Source: a virus. From it: a DNA stretch of 64,000 bases. Within the stretch, counting starts at the first letter, position 1, and every line of letters begins with the position of its first letter. Location: the IMG/VR virus record IMGVR_UViG_3300035088_000013, positions 1 to 64,000 of that record; one strand, written 5' to 3'. Shown here piece by piece: positions 35,910 through 45,103 of the stretch. Position numbers and translations under genes: made by a program. The notes under the pieces were generated by a model, which did no database searches, was not told where the DNA came from, and saw nothing but the letters and a program-made list of their open reading frames with translations.

Positions 35910-36758
35910 ATGGCGACGGTCGCGTACCAGCAGATGAAGGACTTCGCCAAGGGCTGGGAGAGGATCTTCCGGTCGGCGGTGTGCTCAGGAATCGCAGGTG
36001 ACAAACGCCACCAAAGGGCCGGAGGCTACCATATCGGCCGTAAGTATCAGAGCAGGTCGAACTACTCGGTGATCCGGCCCGACGACCGGCGCGGGCAAGG
36101 CCCCGACGACGGATCGTCCGCCGTGGACATCACCATGAACCGCTCCGACATGATCTTGTGCACCAACCGGTTGCGGGCCTGCTACAACAACCCGAACGAC
36201 CCCCGCCGCAAGTACCTCAACGGCTTCAACGGCTGGATCGGGCGCGGCGCGGCGACCCGCTACGACGTCTACGCCCGGCGCACCAAGGCCGCCACTTCGG
36301 ACCATAAATGGCACGTTCACCTCGAGCAGCGCAGGCGCTGGATCCGGGACGCCACCAGCAACGCCGCGATCCTGTCGATCCTGCGCGGCGAGTCGGTGCA
36401 AACCTGGCTCAAATCACGGGGGGTCAAACCGGCCGCCAAGCCCGCCCCGAAACCCGTCAAGCCCGCCCCGGGCAAGCCCGCCCCGAAGCCGAAACCGGCC
36501 GGGATCAAGGCCCCCCCATACCCGGGGCGCGTGCTGAAACGCAACGACCGGCAGGCCAAACCCGACGGGGCCGTCAAGCAGTGGCAGCAGCGGATGCGTG
36601 AGCGGGGCTGGACGTCGATCGGCCCGGCGGACGGCTTCGCCGGACGGAAGTTCGAGACCGTCGTCAAAGCATGGCAGAAGCAATGCCGACTCCCGGCGGA
36701 CGGGCAGGTCGGCCCGAAGACGTGGCCGACCCCGTGGACCCGACCGCTGGGGGGCTGA
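35910..36758 (+). CDS. endolysin: M15-like peptidase domain plus peptidoglycan-binding domain
   Basis: GYH...AVD...HxWHVH; C-terminal VKQWQQ...ADG..G......VKAWQ...L.ADGQVGPKTW. Confidence 0.82.
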   Translation: MATVAYQQMKDFAKGWERIFRSAVCSGIAGDKRHQRAGGYHIGRKYQSRSNYSVIRPDDRRGQGPDDGSSAVDITMNRSDMILCTNRLRACYNNPNDPRRKYLNGFNGWIGRGAATRYDVYARRTKAATSDHKWHVHLEQRRRWIRDATSNAAILSILRGESVQTWLKSRGVKPAAKPAPKPVKPAPGKPAPKPKPAGIKAPPYPGRVLKRNDRQAKPDGAVKQWQQRMRERGWTSIGPADGFAGRKFETVVKAWQKQCRLPADGQVGPKTWPTPWTRPLGG

Positions 36759-37014
36759 AGCTCGGCTGGCCACCCCGGCACCGACGCCCGCCGGGGTCCT
36801 TTCGGCCAGCCGCCGCCGATCCTGTCACCCGCCCTTTCCGCCGAGCGCCAAATGGACCGGGGGAGCTGCCAGCAGGAGCGGACGGCACCCGATGAATCAA
36901 GCGGCGTCACATAGATGGGGTGGACGCCCGGGGGGATAGAGGCCCCGGCACCGCGAAGCACCGGGGACGAATCACCGGGCGTCCACCCCCACCACGACAG
37001 ACGAGGTGCACACC

Positions 37015-37854
37015 ATGGCATCGACCGCACCGAACCCGAAGCTCGCCAAGCTGGAGATCGGCCCCCTCGAGGTCGGGGTCAACGTGACCCCGGCCGAATA
37101 CTCGAAATGGTTCCCGAAGTTCACCACCCCGCCCGCGTTCACCCGCGTGTTCTTCCCCTCCGGCAAGGGCCTCTACCCGGTCAACAGCAAAGTCATCACC
37201 AACCTGCCCGCGGGGACACTGCCGTGGTGCTCCCACAAGGACGAGGTGCCCGTCAAACAGGTCGGCGACTTCTGGACCAGGTTGCTGCTACAGGAAAAAC
37301 CCGCCCCCGGCCGGAAGATCCAATGGACCTTCCGCCACGAGGGCGAAGACTACGACCGGGAGAAATTCATCAAATACTGGCGCGACCTCCGTTTGATGTG
37401 GAACGACCACCCCCAACGCGAGAAGGTGGAGCTCGTCAACATTCACACCCTGTATCCGTCGCGGTGGAAATCGATGAACACCGACTGGCGGAAATGGATG
37501 CTGCCGGGGGTGACACACATCGACGGATGGGACTGCTACCCGCCGCAGGCGTTCGACGTGTACGAGCCACCCGGCAGCATCTTCGGCATGGCCGTCGCCG
37601 GTTCACGCGAGTTCGGCATGCCCTACTGCATCCCCGAATGGGGGGTCGGTTTGCGCGGCGGCGACAAGGGCGAGAAACGGGCCTCGTACTTCAAAGACGG
37701 CTTCAAATATTTGGCGGCGACCGGCTGCCGGTACCTCGGATTGTGGTGCTCGTCGGAAACCCTCGGCGGGAAATTCGTCGACTACCGGCCCCACGACAAA
37801 CCGACCCTGGACGTGTGGAACAACGCCTTCAGCACACACCGAGCCAAATACTAA
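37015..37854 (+). CDS. GH26-like (clan GH-A) glycoside hydrolase
   Basis: TFRHEGE, IDGWDCY, PYCIPEWG motifs. Confidence 0.65.
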   Translation: MASTAPNPKLAKLEIGPLEVGVNVTPAEYSKWFPKFTTPPAFTRVFFPSGKGLYPVNSKVITNLPAGTLPWCSHKDEVPVKQVGDFWTRLLLQEKPAPGRKIQWTFRHEGEDYDREKFIKYWRDLRLMWNDHPQREKVELVNIHTLYPSRWKSMNTDWRKWMLPGVTHIDGWDCYPPQAFDVYEPPGSIFGMAVAGSREFGMPYCIPEWGVGLRGGDKGEKRASYFKDGFKYLAATGCRYLGLWCSSETLGGKFVDYRPHDKPTLDVWNNAFSTHRAKY

Positions 37855-37870
37855 CGGGGGGCTGGTCACC

Positions 37871-38278
37871 ATGCTGGATATGCTGCTCGCTCAAGACACG
37901 ACGGCCGAGGGAACCGAAAACGCGGACGACCTCGCCTGGAATCTGACCTTCGCGATCCTGGTTCTACCGCCGGTCATTTCCATCATCAACCAAAAGCATT
38001 GGCGGCAGGAATACAAGGCGCTGACGGCGGTCGCGGTGTGCATCGTCTACTCGATGATCGTCACCGTCTTCCGGCCCGGCGCGGACTTGAAGGACTGGCG
38101 TAACACGATCGCGGAGACACTCATCGGAACGTGCGCGGTGTACAAGATTTTTTGGAATCCGTCCACGCTGGGGCCGAAACTCGAGGCGGCGACCTCGTTC
38201 CGCCGTGCCGGTGTCGACGACACCGCGGTCACGGCGACCCTGGACGACCAGACGTTCACCCAACGCCTCTCCTCGTGA
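37871..38278 (+). CDS. holin
   Basis: TM helices, LPPVISIINQKHW...K motif, next to lysins. Confidence 0.75.
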   Translation: MLDMLLAQDTTAEGTENADDLAWNLTFAILVLPPVISIINQKHWRQEYKALTAVAVCIVYSMIVTVFRPGADLKDWRNTIAETLIGTCAVYKIFWNPSTLGPKLEAATSFRRAGVDDTAVTATLDDQTFTQRLSS

Positions 38279-38514
38279 GCGGCCTGCGGGTCGAACAATA
38301 CGAGCAATGGTGGTCCGACAACACCGGCGACGACGGCGCACCGCTGGCGGAGCTGGGGCCGGTCGTGGTGACCCTCGCCCGCCACGTGCAGGCCCTCCGC
38401 GCGCGGATCGACCTGCTGCCCGACCCCGGCTTCGCCCCGGGAAGCAACGCGACCAGCTGCGCATGCGCATACGACCACCCGGACGCGGTATGCATGCAGC
38501 ACCTGATCCGCTGA
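38275..38514 (+). CDS. small hypothetical protein
   Basis: GTGA-coupled to holin. Confidence 0.5.
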   Translation: MSGLRVEQYEQWWSDNTGDDGAPLAELGPVVVTLARHVQALRARIDLLPDPGFAPGSNATSCACAYDHPDAVCMQHLIR

Positions 38515-38540
38515 ACCCCGGGCCCGGCCGCAACCAGAGG

Positions 38541-41500
38541 TCAGGAGCGGGTGGCGTACGTGAGGCGGACCAGACCCCCCGCGCCCTTCCCGCCGTCCTG
38601 GTTCGCCGTCGACGAGATACCGCCGCCGCCCCCGCCGCCGTAGGATTGCCCGTCGTGCGCGGTCCCGATGTAGGAGTCGCCGCCGAGACTCCCCGGGCTC
38701 ATGTGCGATGCCCCGCCGCCGCCGTTGAGCAGATAGGTGGCCAGGTTACTGGAGCCGTTGAGGATGGTACGACCGTGCTGGCCGTCTTCCCCGGCGATAC
38801 CGAGCCCGCCGGTAGGCAGCGCCGCCACGGCCCCGCCGCCACCGTTGGTGTTGATCTGAACACCCGTGGCCGCCGTCATTCCTTGACCGCCGGTGCCGCC
38901 GCCGCACAAGATGTACCACGGGTCACCCGACGCCCCGAAGTAGGAGTTGCCGCCGGTGCCGCCGGTACCCGCACCCGCACCCGTACCGGCCGCCCCGCCG
39001 CCGCCGGTGAATACGGTGATGCTGGAGCCGACCCGGGACGCGAACACCGACCCGGACAGCCATATCTCCGCGTACGCGCCGCCGCCGCCGCCCGCGCCTT
39101 GCGCGACACCCGACGCCGCCCCGGCGGTGCCGCCGCCGCCGCCACCACCGGCGACGAGCATGATCTTCACCCATTCCAGGTTGGCCGGAACCGGCCACGT
39201 GGTGGAGCCGGGGCCGAGGAAATTCTGGTTGGTGACCGCGAGCGTGCCGGGCGATCCCGCCGCACCCGGGTCGCCTTTGTCGGCCACACGCTTCCACACC
39301 GCGGTGTCCGAGCCGACCGTGGGCGCGGTCCCGGTCGTCGCCGTCGCCGCGGCGAACCCGTAGCCGTTGTAGTTGACGACATCACCCGGGTTATAGGCGG
39401 TCACCGCGGAGTACGCGCCCCGCGGCACCAGGCCTTGCGTGAGCTGCGTCCACCACGTGTTGTTCCCCGACGCCGGGGGTGCCGTACCCGAGCCGGTACA
39501 CGACGCCGTGTAGGTTTGCACGAACGTGTGCGACCCGGACATGACCGCATCACCCGGGTAGTACGTCGACCCCGACGACCACGCCGCCAGCCGCGGGTTG
39601 ATGCCCCCCGACATGAGCGCGAACGGGGTCGTCGTGACCGTCGTCGGCGCGGTCGTCGTGGAGGTCGCCGCGACGCACACGTAGGTGTGCGACTGGAACG
39701 TCACCACGTCGTTGACCGCGTACGCGGTGCCGGACACCCACACCCCGCGCCACGTGTATCCGGCACCCCGGGGGATGGTGAACTGCAAGATCGCCGCGCT
39801 CGTAGTGCCGGTGTTCACCACCGTCGCGCTGCTACCGGCCGCGCCGGTGGTGGTGGTGCCGACCGTGACCGTCGCCGCCGTGCCGTTGGTGCCGTTGGTG
39901 CCGGGAGTGCCTTGCGCACCCTGGGGGATGGTGAAGTTCAAGACCGCCGCGCTGGTGGTGCCGACGTTGGTCACCGCGGCGTTGCTTCCGGCCGCGCCGG
40001 TCGCCGTGGTGCCGACCGCGACCGTCGCCGCCGTACCGGGGGAGCCGTTGGTGCCGGGAGTGCCGGGGTCGCCTTTCGCGCCCTGGGGGATGGTGAAGTT
40101 CAAGACCGCCGCGGTGGCGGTGCCGGAGTTCGTCACCGACGCGGAGGATCCGGCTGCTCCGGTGGTGGTCGTCCCGACCGTGACGCTGGCCGCTGTCACC
40201 ACCCAGCCCGTAGCCCCGGTCCCGGACTCTTTGACATACGCGGAGCTGGCGGCCCCCCCGTCGGACCGTAGGTAGATCGACCCGACCGGGGCCGCGACGT
40301 TCCCCTCAGGAGTGCCCGTGCCGCATTGGATTCTCACACCCGAGGGGGCGAACTCATACGACCCGTTCGAGTCGACGTACGAGACCGGTGATGCGTGAGT
40401 AACCGGGGTATCGCGGCAGAAACCAGCGATCCGGCGATCCGTGCCGGGCGTAAGTGTGGTGCCATTTCCTAGCCACACACCTACCACGGAAGCGGCGTCA
40501 GCCGCATTACCCCGTAGGTACAGCGGGGCGGCCGTGGCCGACGACATGGTTGAGGTGTTAGTCCCAAGAGTGACCGATCCTCCGGACACAAATTGCCACC
40601 CGGTATCCATCCTCAAAATTGAATTAATTGTCTGCGCCCATAAATACAGATTCGCCCGGCGAGTTGTTGTTCCGACGTCATTAATCGGGGTGGTGGTTGA
40701 GCCGTCGACCCACATCCCTTCAATCACCGTATTGGCAACGTTGCTGGACGCCACGCTCACACCGATGGTGTTATGTTCCGAGCGCACGTTAGAGAGTCGG
40801 TTCCAGTTGGCCGTGGCGGGCGCAGTGGCATTTATCTGGAAACCCGTACCACAATTCTCAGCCTGAGACGACGTAATAGAGTTGTCGTTTCCATCTTGGA
40901 TATCCCACCCGGCGATGGAACATACATTTGCGCGACAACCATGCCACGCGTTCGCATTACTGCTATTCCCGCGCAGTCGGTACCCTGTAGGAGTCGATGC
41001 AACCGTGCAGTTGTACCAGCGGTTGTAGACCGACCCACCCGGGTTGGTGCTGTGCAGATAGAAGCCAACATCAGAGAAGCCCGACACAGCGATGTCCCGG
41101 AAAACACTGGTGGACAGACTGTCACAGTCGAATGCAATGGAGGCCGTACTCGTGGTTACTGTGACGCCCGACAGATTCCAGTCGAATACACGGGTGCCGG
41201 GGGTGGCTGTGGCAAACGCGGTGCCAGTGCCAGCAACACTGATAAGGGTGACGTCTCGCCCCGCGCCGAACATGGTGAAACGCTGCGGGATGGTGATAGC
41301 GCCAGAATTGATCGCCCACACACCGCCCGTCAGGAACACGGGCATTTTCACCGTGTTTGCCTGCGTGATGGCGGCTTGCAATGCCGTGGTGTTGGTCGCG
41401 GCGCTGGCCCCCGGAGATCCGCCGTAGTCGCGGACATCGATGAAGGCCGCGGCTCCTCTCGGAATGGTGAAGTCCAGGACCGCGGCGCTGCTGGTGCCGG

Positions 41501-41687
41501 AGTTGGTCACCGCGGCGTTCGACCCGGCCGCACCGGTGGTGGTGGTGCCGACGGTGACCGTGGCCGCCGTGCCGGGGGTGCCGTTCCCGGACGAGCCCCG
41601 GTCGCCGCCCGGCCCGGGATGCGCCTTGTCGCGCTCGAGGTTGCGGAGCCGGTCGCTGATCGACGCTAAGCGACGCACGGTCGTCAT
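38541..41687 (-). CDS. tail fibre/spike: beta-helix (pectate-lyase-like), collagen-like repeats, CBM-like and Gly-rich domains
   Basis: IDVRDYG...NTTALQAAI; WVSGTAYAVNDVV repeats; last gene of tail operon. Confidence 0.85.
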   Translation of the reverse strand: MTTVRRLASISDRLRNLERDKAHPGPGGDRGSSGNGTPGTAATVTVGTTTTGAAGSNAAVTNSGTSSAAVLDFTIPRGAAAFIDVRDYGGSPGASAATNTTALQAAITQANTVKMPVFLTGGVWAINSGAITIPQRFTMFGAGRDVTLISVAGTGTAFATATPGTRVFDWNLSGVTVTTSTASIAFDCDSLSTSVFRDIAVSGFSDVGFYLHSTNPGGSVYNRWYNCTVASTPTGYRLRGNSSNANAWHGCRANVCSIAGWDIQDGNDNSITSSQAENCGTGFQINATAPATANWNRLSNVRSEHNTIGVSVASSNVANTVIEGMWVDGSTTTPINDVGTTTRRANLYLWAQTINSILRMDTGWQFVSGGSVTLGTNTSTMSSATAAPLYLRGNAADAASVVGVWLGNGTTLTPGTDRRIAGFCRDTPVTHASPVSYVDSNGSYEFAPSGVRIQCGTGTPEGNVAAPVGSIYLRSDGGAASSAYVKESGTGATGWVVTAASVTVGTTTTGAAGSSASVTNSGTATAAVLNFTIPQGAKGDPGTPGTNGSPGTAATVAVGTTATGAAGSNAAVTNVGTTSAAVLNFTIPQGAQGTPGTNGTNGTAATVTVGTTTTGAAGSSATVVNTGTTSAAILQFTIPRGAGYTWRGVWVSGTAYAVNDVVTFQSHTYVCVAATSTTTAPTTVTTTPFALMSGGINPRLAAWSSGSTYYPGDAVMSGSHTFVQTYTASCTGSGTAPPASGNNTWWTQLTQGLVPRGAYSAVTAYNPGDVVNYNGYGFAAATATTGTAPTVGSDTAVWKRVADKGDPGAAGSPGTLAVTNQNFLGPGSTTWPVPANLEWVKIMLVAGGGGGGGTAGAASGVAQGAGGGGGAYAEIWLSGSVFASRVGSSITVFTGGGGAAGTGAGAGTGGTGGNSYFGASGDPWYILCGGGTGGQGMTAATGVQINTNGGGGAVAALPTGGLGIAGEDGQHGRTILNGSSNLATYLLNGGGGASHMSPGSLGGDSYIGTAHDGQSYGGGGGGGISSTANQDGGKGAGGLVRLTYATRS

Positions 41688-42856
41688 GGGTTGTCCTCGT
41701 CGACGGGGTTGACGGCGATTTCCGCGGTGTCCGTGCTCACCGACGCCGCGACGTCGGTGATCTTCACTGGAATGTCGATCCCGTTACGGAAGTAGTCGTC
41801 CTGGATGATCAGCCGGGCGGCGTCGCCCGGCCCGAACCTCAGATGCGGGGGCATGTCGGTCCGCACGGTCAACGTCGGCACGATCACGGTGTGCCGGTTG
41901 CTTTGCGCGTCGGACACGGCCTGGACCTGGAGCTGCTGCCATTGGGTGCCTTGGGTGACGGCGTCGTAGGTGTTCTTGGCCTCCAGCAGCGGCCAGCCGA
42001 AGTCGTCGATCATGTCGGGGGAGTCGACGCGGGACATCATGGTGGAGATGTTGTCGCTCTGCCCCAACGCCCAGGTGCGGGTGGCGATGTTGGTGCCGTC
42101 GCTCGGCCACGTGTAGTCGAGCAGATTCGCCCCGTAGGTGAACACCACTTGTCCCGGCGCGAACACCAGCTCGGGGTCGCCGATCCACAGGCATCGCTGC
42201 GGTGCGCCGGTCGTGTCCCAGCCGTTCACCCCGAACAGCAGGTCGGGCCCGTCAGCCAGGTTCGCCAGATCGGCGAGGGCCTTCGCGTAGGAGACCAGCT
42301 CGAAGTTCGGGTACATCACCTGCCGGGTGTGGCCCGGGTGGGTGGGCGCATACAGCTGCAGCCGGATGTCGCCGCCGCGGTAGTTGCCGTAGCTGTCGGC
42401 GAGCAGGTTCTTGACGATGTCGAACTGCCCCATCATGGGGCCGGTGTAGCCGTACTGGAGGGTGCCGTGCGCGGTCGTTCCCGGATCGGCGGCACCGACG
42501 CGCGCGTCGGCCGGGGTGAAGTCGGTGGCACCGTAGTAGCCGAGGATGAACCGGTGGTCGAAGTACGACCACCAGTCGCCCGCCTGGATCTCCACCAGCC
42601 CGGTAGCGGCCGAATACTTGCGGGTCCAGATGATCCCCCCCCACCACGGCACCCCGTCCCGCAGGGCGTATATGACGGTCCGCGCGGGGGTGGTGTACCG
42701 GTAGGGGTCGCCGGGTACGGACCGCACCGGGATCGACCCGGACAGGCTGCCCGTGGTGTTGAGGCGCATGGTGGGCGGTTGCACACTCACCAAAGGCACC
42801 TGGGCGAGGATGTTGTTGGTGCGCAGGTCCGCAAGCAGATACGTCCACGTGGCCAT
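41684..42856 (-). CDS. minor tail protein
   Basis: WTYLLADL...RDGVPWWGGIIW; position after Dit. Confidence 0.8.
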   Translation of the reverse strand: MATWTYLLADLRTNNILAQVPLVSVQPPTMRLNTTGSLSGSIPVRSVPGDPYRYTTPARTVIYALRDGVPWWGGIIWTRKYSAATGLVEIQAGDWWSYFDHRFILGYYGATDFTPADARVGAADPGTTAHGTLQYGYTGPMMGQFDIVKNLLADSYGNYRGGDIRLQLYAPTHPGHTRQVMYPNFELVSYAKALADLANLADGPDLLFGVNGWDTTGAPQRCLWIGDPELVFAPGQVVFTYGANLLDYTWPSDGTNIATRTWALGQSDNISTMMSRVDSPDMIDDFGWPLLEAKNTYDAVTQGTQWQQLQVQAVSDAQSNRHTVIVPTLTVRTDMPPHLRFGPGDAARLIIQDDYFRNGIDIPVKITDVAASVSTDTAEIAVNPVDEDNP

Positions 42857-42872
42857 CAGCGATCCCACGCCA

Positions 42873-44132
42873 TCAGAGGTGGAACCGCCCGAAGTCGGGG
42901 TTGGAAAGCGAGTAGATGATGCCCTGCAAACTCGCCCACGCGCTGTTGTTGTCACCCGCGTAGAACCTGATCTGTCCGGCGGTGGCACCGTCGGAGACCG
43001 GCGCGATGGACACATACCCGGTGATGTAGGTGTGCGGCGGCGACGCCGTCACGGGGCTGGCCGCGCACGGAATGTACTGCATCTGCTGGGGCCGGTGCGC
43101 CGCGGTGACCGTCCCCAGGACGGTCCCGCTGGGGACCTTTCCACCGGCAATGTGGTTGTGGAACAGGCCGGTCATCTGCACGATGTCGGGCCCGATCAGC
43201 CTCGTCGCGGCGTTCCAGCTGTCGTCGTCGTAGCCGCTGACATAGGTGGAGAGCGGCTGCCAGTCGTCGACCAGGCCGTTCACCCACGTCAAACGTTTGA
43301 GCGCGCCCGAAGTCCACACCCACAGATCATCCTGGTAGCGGTAGAGCTGCCCTTCGACCTTGTTCGGCACGTTCGCCGCGGCCGTGCCGGTGAGGTTGGT
43401 GGCGAGTTGCATCAGCGCCGTCAGCTGCGTGAGTTGCGCCCCGGTGGTCCAGGTCGTGCTGCCCTGGTACGTCTCCAAAGCTTGCGTCGCCTGGTTGTAG
43501 ACGGTCATGCCCGGCCACGCCCCGACGTTGAGCCGGTCCCGGGCGGCCGTGTCCGGCACCGGCAGCACACCGCCGGATGCGACGGTCCACCGGTCGGTGC
43601 CGCGCATGTCGACCAGGGATGTCTTGGTCAAATCGGTGGTGTTCGCGGTGAGGGTGTAGCGGGCCAACTCCACCCACGGCCCGCCGTCCGGGTCGTCGGG
43701 GGGCTGCGGTGTGGCGGAGGGGGTGCCCACCAGCAGCAGCAGTTGCACGTTGCTGGTGGTGTCGCCGTAGAACTCGTCGGTCTGCTGGACGATGATCCGG
43801 TCGATGCGCGAGTAGGTGCCGTCGGCGGCCTGCACGTTCAACGGCTGGATCAGCTCGGCCTCGTCGCTGGTGATCAAATATGCGCCGCCGTTGATGGAGC
43901 GCCGCACCGGCATCACGTACTGGAACGGGGCGACGCTGAGGGTGCTGCCGTCTTTGACGGTGACCCTGCCGGGGTCGGTGGTGTAGAAGCCGGGCCGGAA
44001 CCCGGCCCGGGCCCCCGGCTGATCACGGTAGGTCGCCGGGTCGCGCATGCCGGGGGTGAGCAGTGAGGTCATCGCGATGCGCGCGTCCTCGAGGTCGATG
44101 GCGTCCTGCACGGCCCACGACGAACGAATCAC
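42873..44132 (-). CDS. minor tail protein
   Basis: SRIDRIIV...GTPSATPQPP...ELAR motif. Confidence 0.75.
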   Translation of the reverse strand: MIRSSWAVQDAIDLEDARIAMTSLLTPGMRDPATYRDQPGARAGFRPGFYTTDPGRVTVKDGSTLSVAPFQYVMPVRRSINGGAYLITSDEAELIQPLNVQAADGTYSRIDRIIVQQTDEFYGDTTSNVQLLLLVGTPSATPQPPDDPDGGPWVELARYTLTANTTDLTKTSLVDMRGTDRWTVASGGVLPVPDTAARDRLNVGAWPGMTVYNQATQALETYQGSTTWTTGAQLTQLTALMQLATNLTGTAAANVPNKVEGQLYRYQDDLWVWTSGALKRLTWVNGLVDDWQPLSTYVSGYDDDSWNAATRLIGPDIVQMTGLFHNHIAGGKVPSGTVLGTVTAAHRPQQMQYIPCAASPVTASPPHTYITGYVSIAPVSDGATAGQIRFYAGDNNSAWASLQGIIYSLSNPDFGRFHL

Positions 44133-44165
44133 CGTGCAGCCCCCCTTTCCGGGTCGGGAAATTTC

Positions 44166-45101
44166 TCAGAGGATCGACGCGGTGCGCCAGTACACGTTGA
44201 GCACCGCATCCGGGTTGACTCCACCGGAGGTGAACAGCAGCTGCGATTGGCCCGGGGGCAGCGCGAACCAGTCCCGGTCGACGAGTTTGTCGTTGCGGTT
44301 CACCCATGACGGGTCGGTCAGCGGGTCGGTGCCGGTGATGCCTTCGGCCGGGTACCGGTTGTTGGTGTCGAACATCAGCGAGTGCCCGGCGGGGACGCTG
44401 TAGTCGGCGACGGTGGAGAGCCTCCCCCCGCCGATCAGTTGCACCGCGGGCGCGTCGACCGGCCCGTCGATGATGATCGTGGGCCACACGGCGAGCGGGC
44501 CGTCGTTGACGACGACGGCGACACCGCCGCCGTGGGTCTCCCCGAACTCCAGCGGGAAGTGCAGCGCCGGGTCGGCCGGGTCGTCTTTGAAGTGCAACCC
44601 GGAGGCGGGATCGAGGTACGGCAGCTTCACCGGCGGCACCACCTGCTGCTGGGTGAGGCCGTACCGCAGCGGGTCCGTGGCCAGCCACGACACGGTGACC
44701 TGGTGCAGGCCGTTGGAGAACTCGAACGTCGAGGGCACGGCGGCCTTGTCGACCCGCGCGTACACGAGTTCCGGGCCGACCGTGCCCGCCCACACGACGA
44801 GCGGCTGCTCCCGGGGGTCCTCTATCGGGGCGAACGCGGCCCGTACCGGCTCGAGCACGGCCGGGTCACCGTAGCCGGTGTAGGTGAAGGTGGCTTCGAT
44901 GCTGCGGGTGCCGAAGGTTTGCAGCCCCGCGTACGCACCCCACCGGCCTTCCCGGTTGACGTTCGTGGTCACCGAGTCCGGCAAAGTCAGCCACCCGGAC
45001 AGCCCGGTCAGCGACCACGGTGTAGCGGGCCAGCCGAACAGCATCCCCGCCCACTCGGCATGCCACTCGCCCGCCACTTTTACGAGGTCGCCAGCCGCCA
45101 T
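44166..45101 (-). CDS. distal tail (Dit)-like protein
   Basis: immediately after tape measure; ATDPLRYG, NDGP..VWP, WFALPPG. Confidence 0.8.
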   Translation of the reverse strand: MAAGDLVKVAGEWHAEWAGMLFGWPATPWSLTGLSGWLTLPDSVTTNVNREGRWGAYAGLQTFGTRSIEATFTYTGYGDPAVLEPVRAAFAPIEDPREQPLVVWAGTVGPELVYARVDKAAVPSTFEFSNGLHQVTVSWLATDPLRYGLTQQQVVPPVKLPYLDPASGLHFKDDPADPALHFPLEFGETHGGGVAVVVNDGPLAVWPTIIIDGPVDAPAVQLIGGGRLSTVADYSVPAGHSLMFDTNNRYPAEGITGTDPLTDPSWVNRNDKLVDRDWFALPPGQSQLLFTSGGVNPDAVLNVYWRTASIL

Positions 45102-45103
45102 GG

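Noticed and set aside
38541-41687. Diversity-generating retroelement or invertible shufflon at the tail fibre
   Set aside because: No reverse transcriptase, invertase or adenine-specific TR/VR pair visible.
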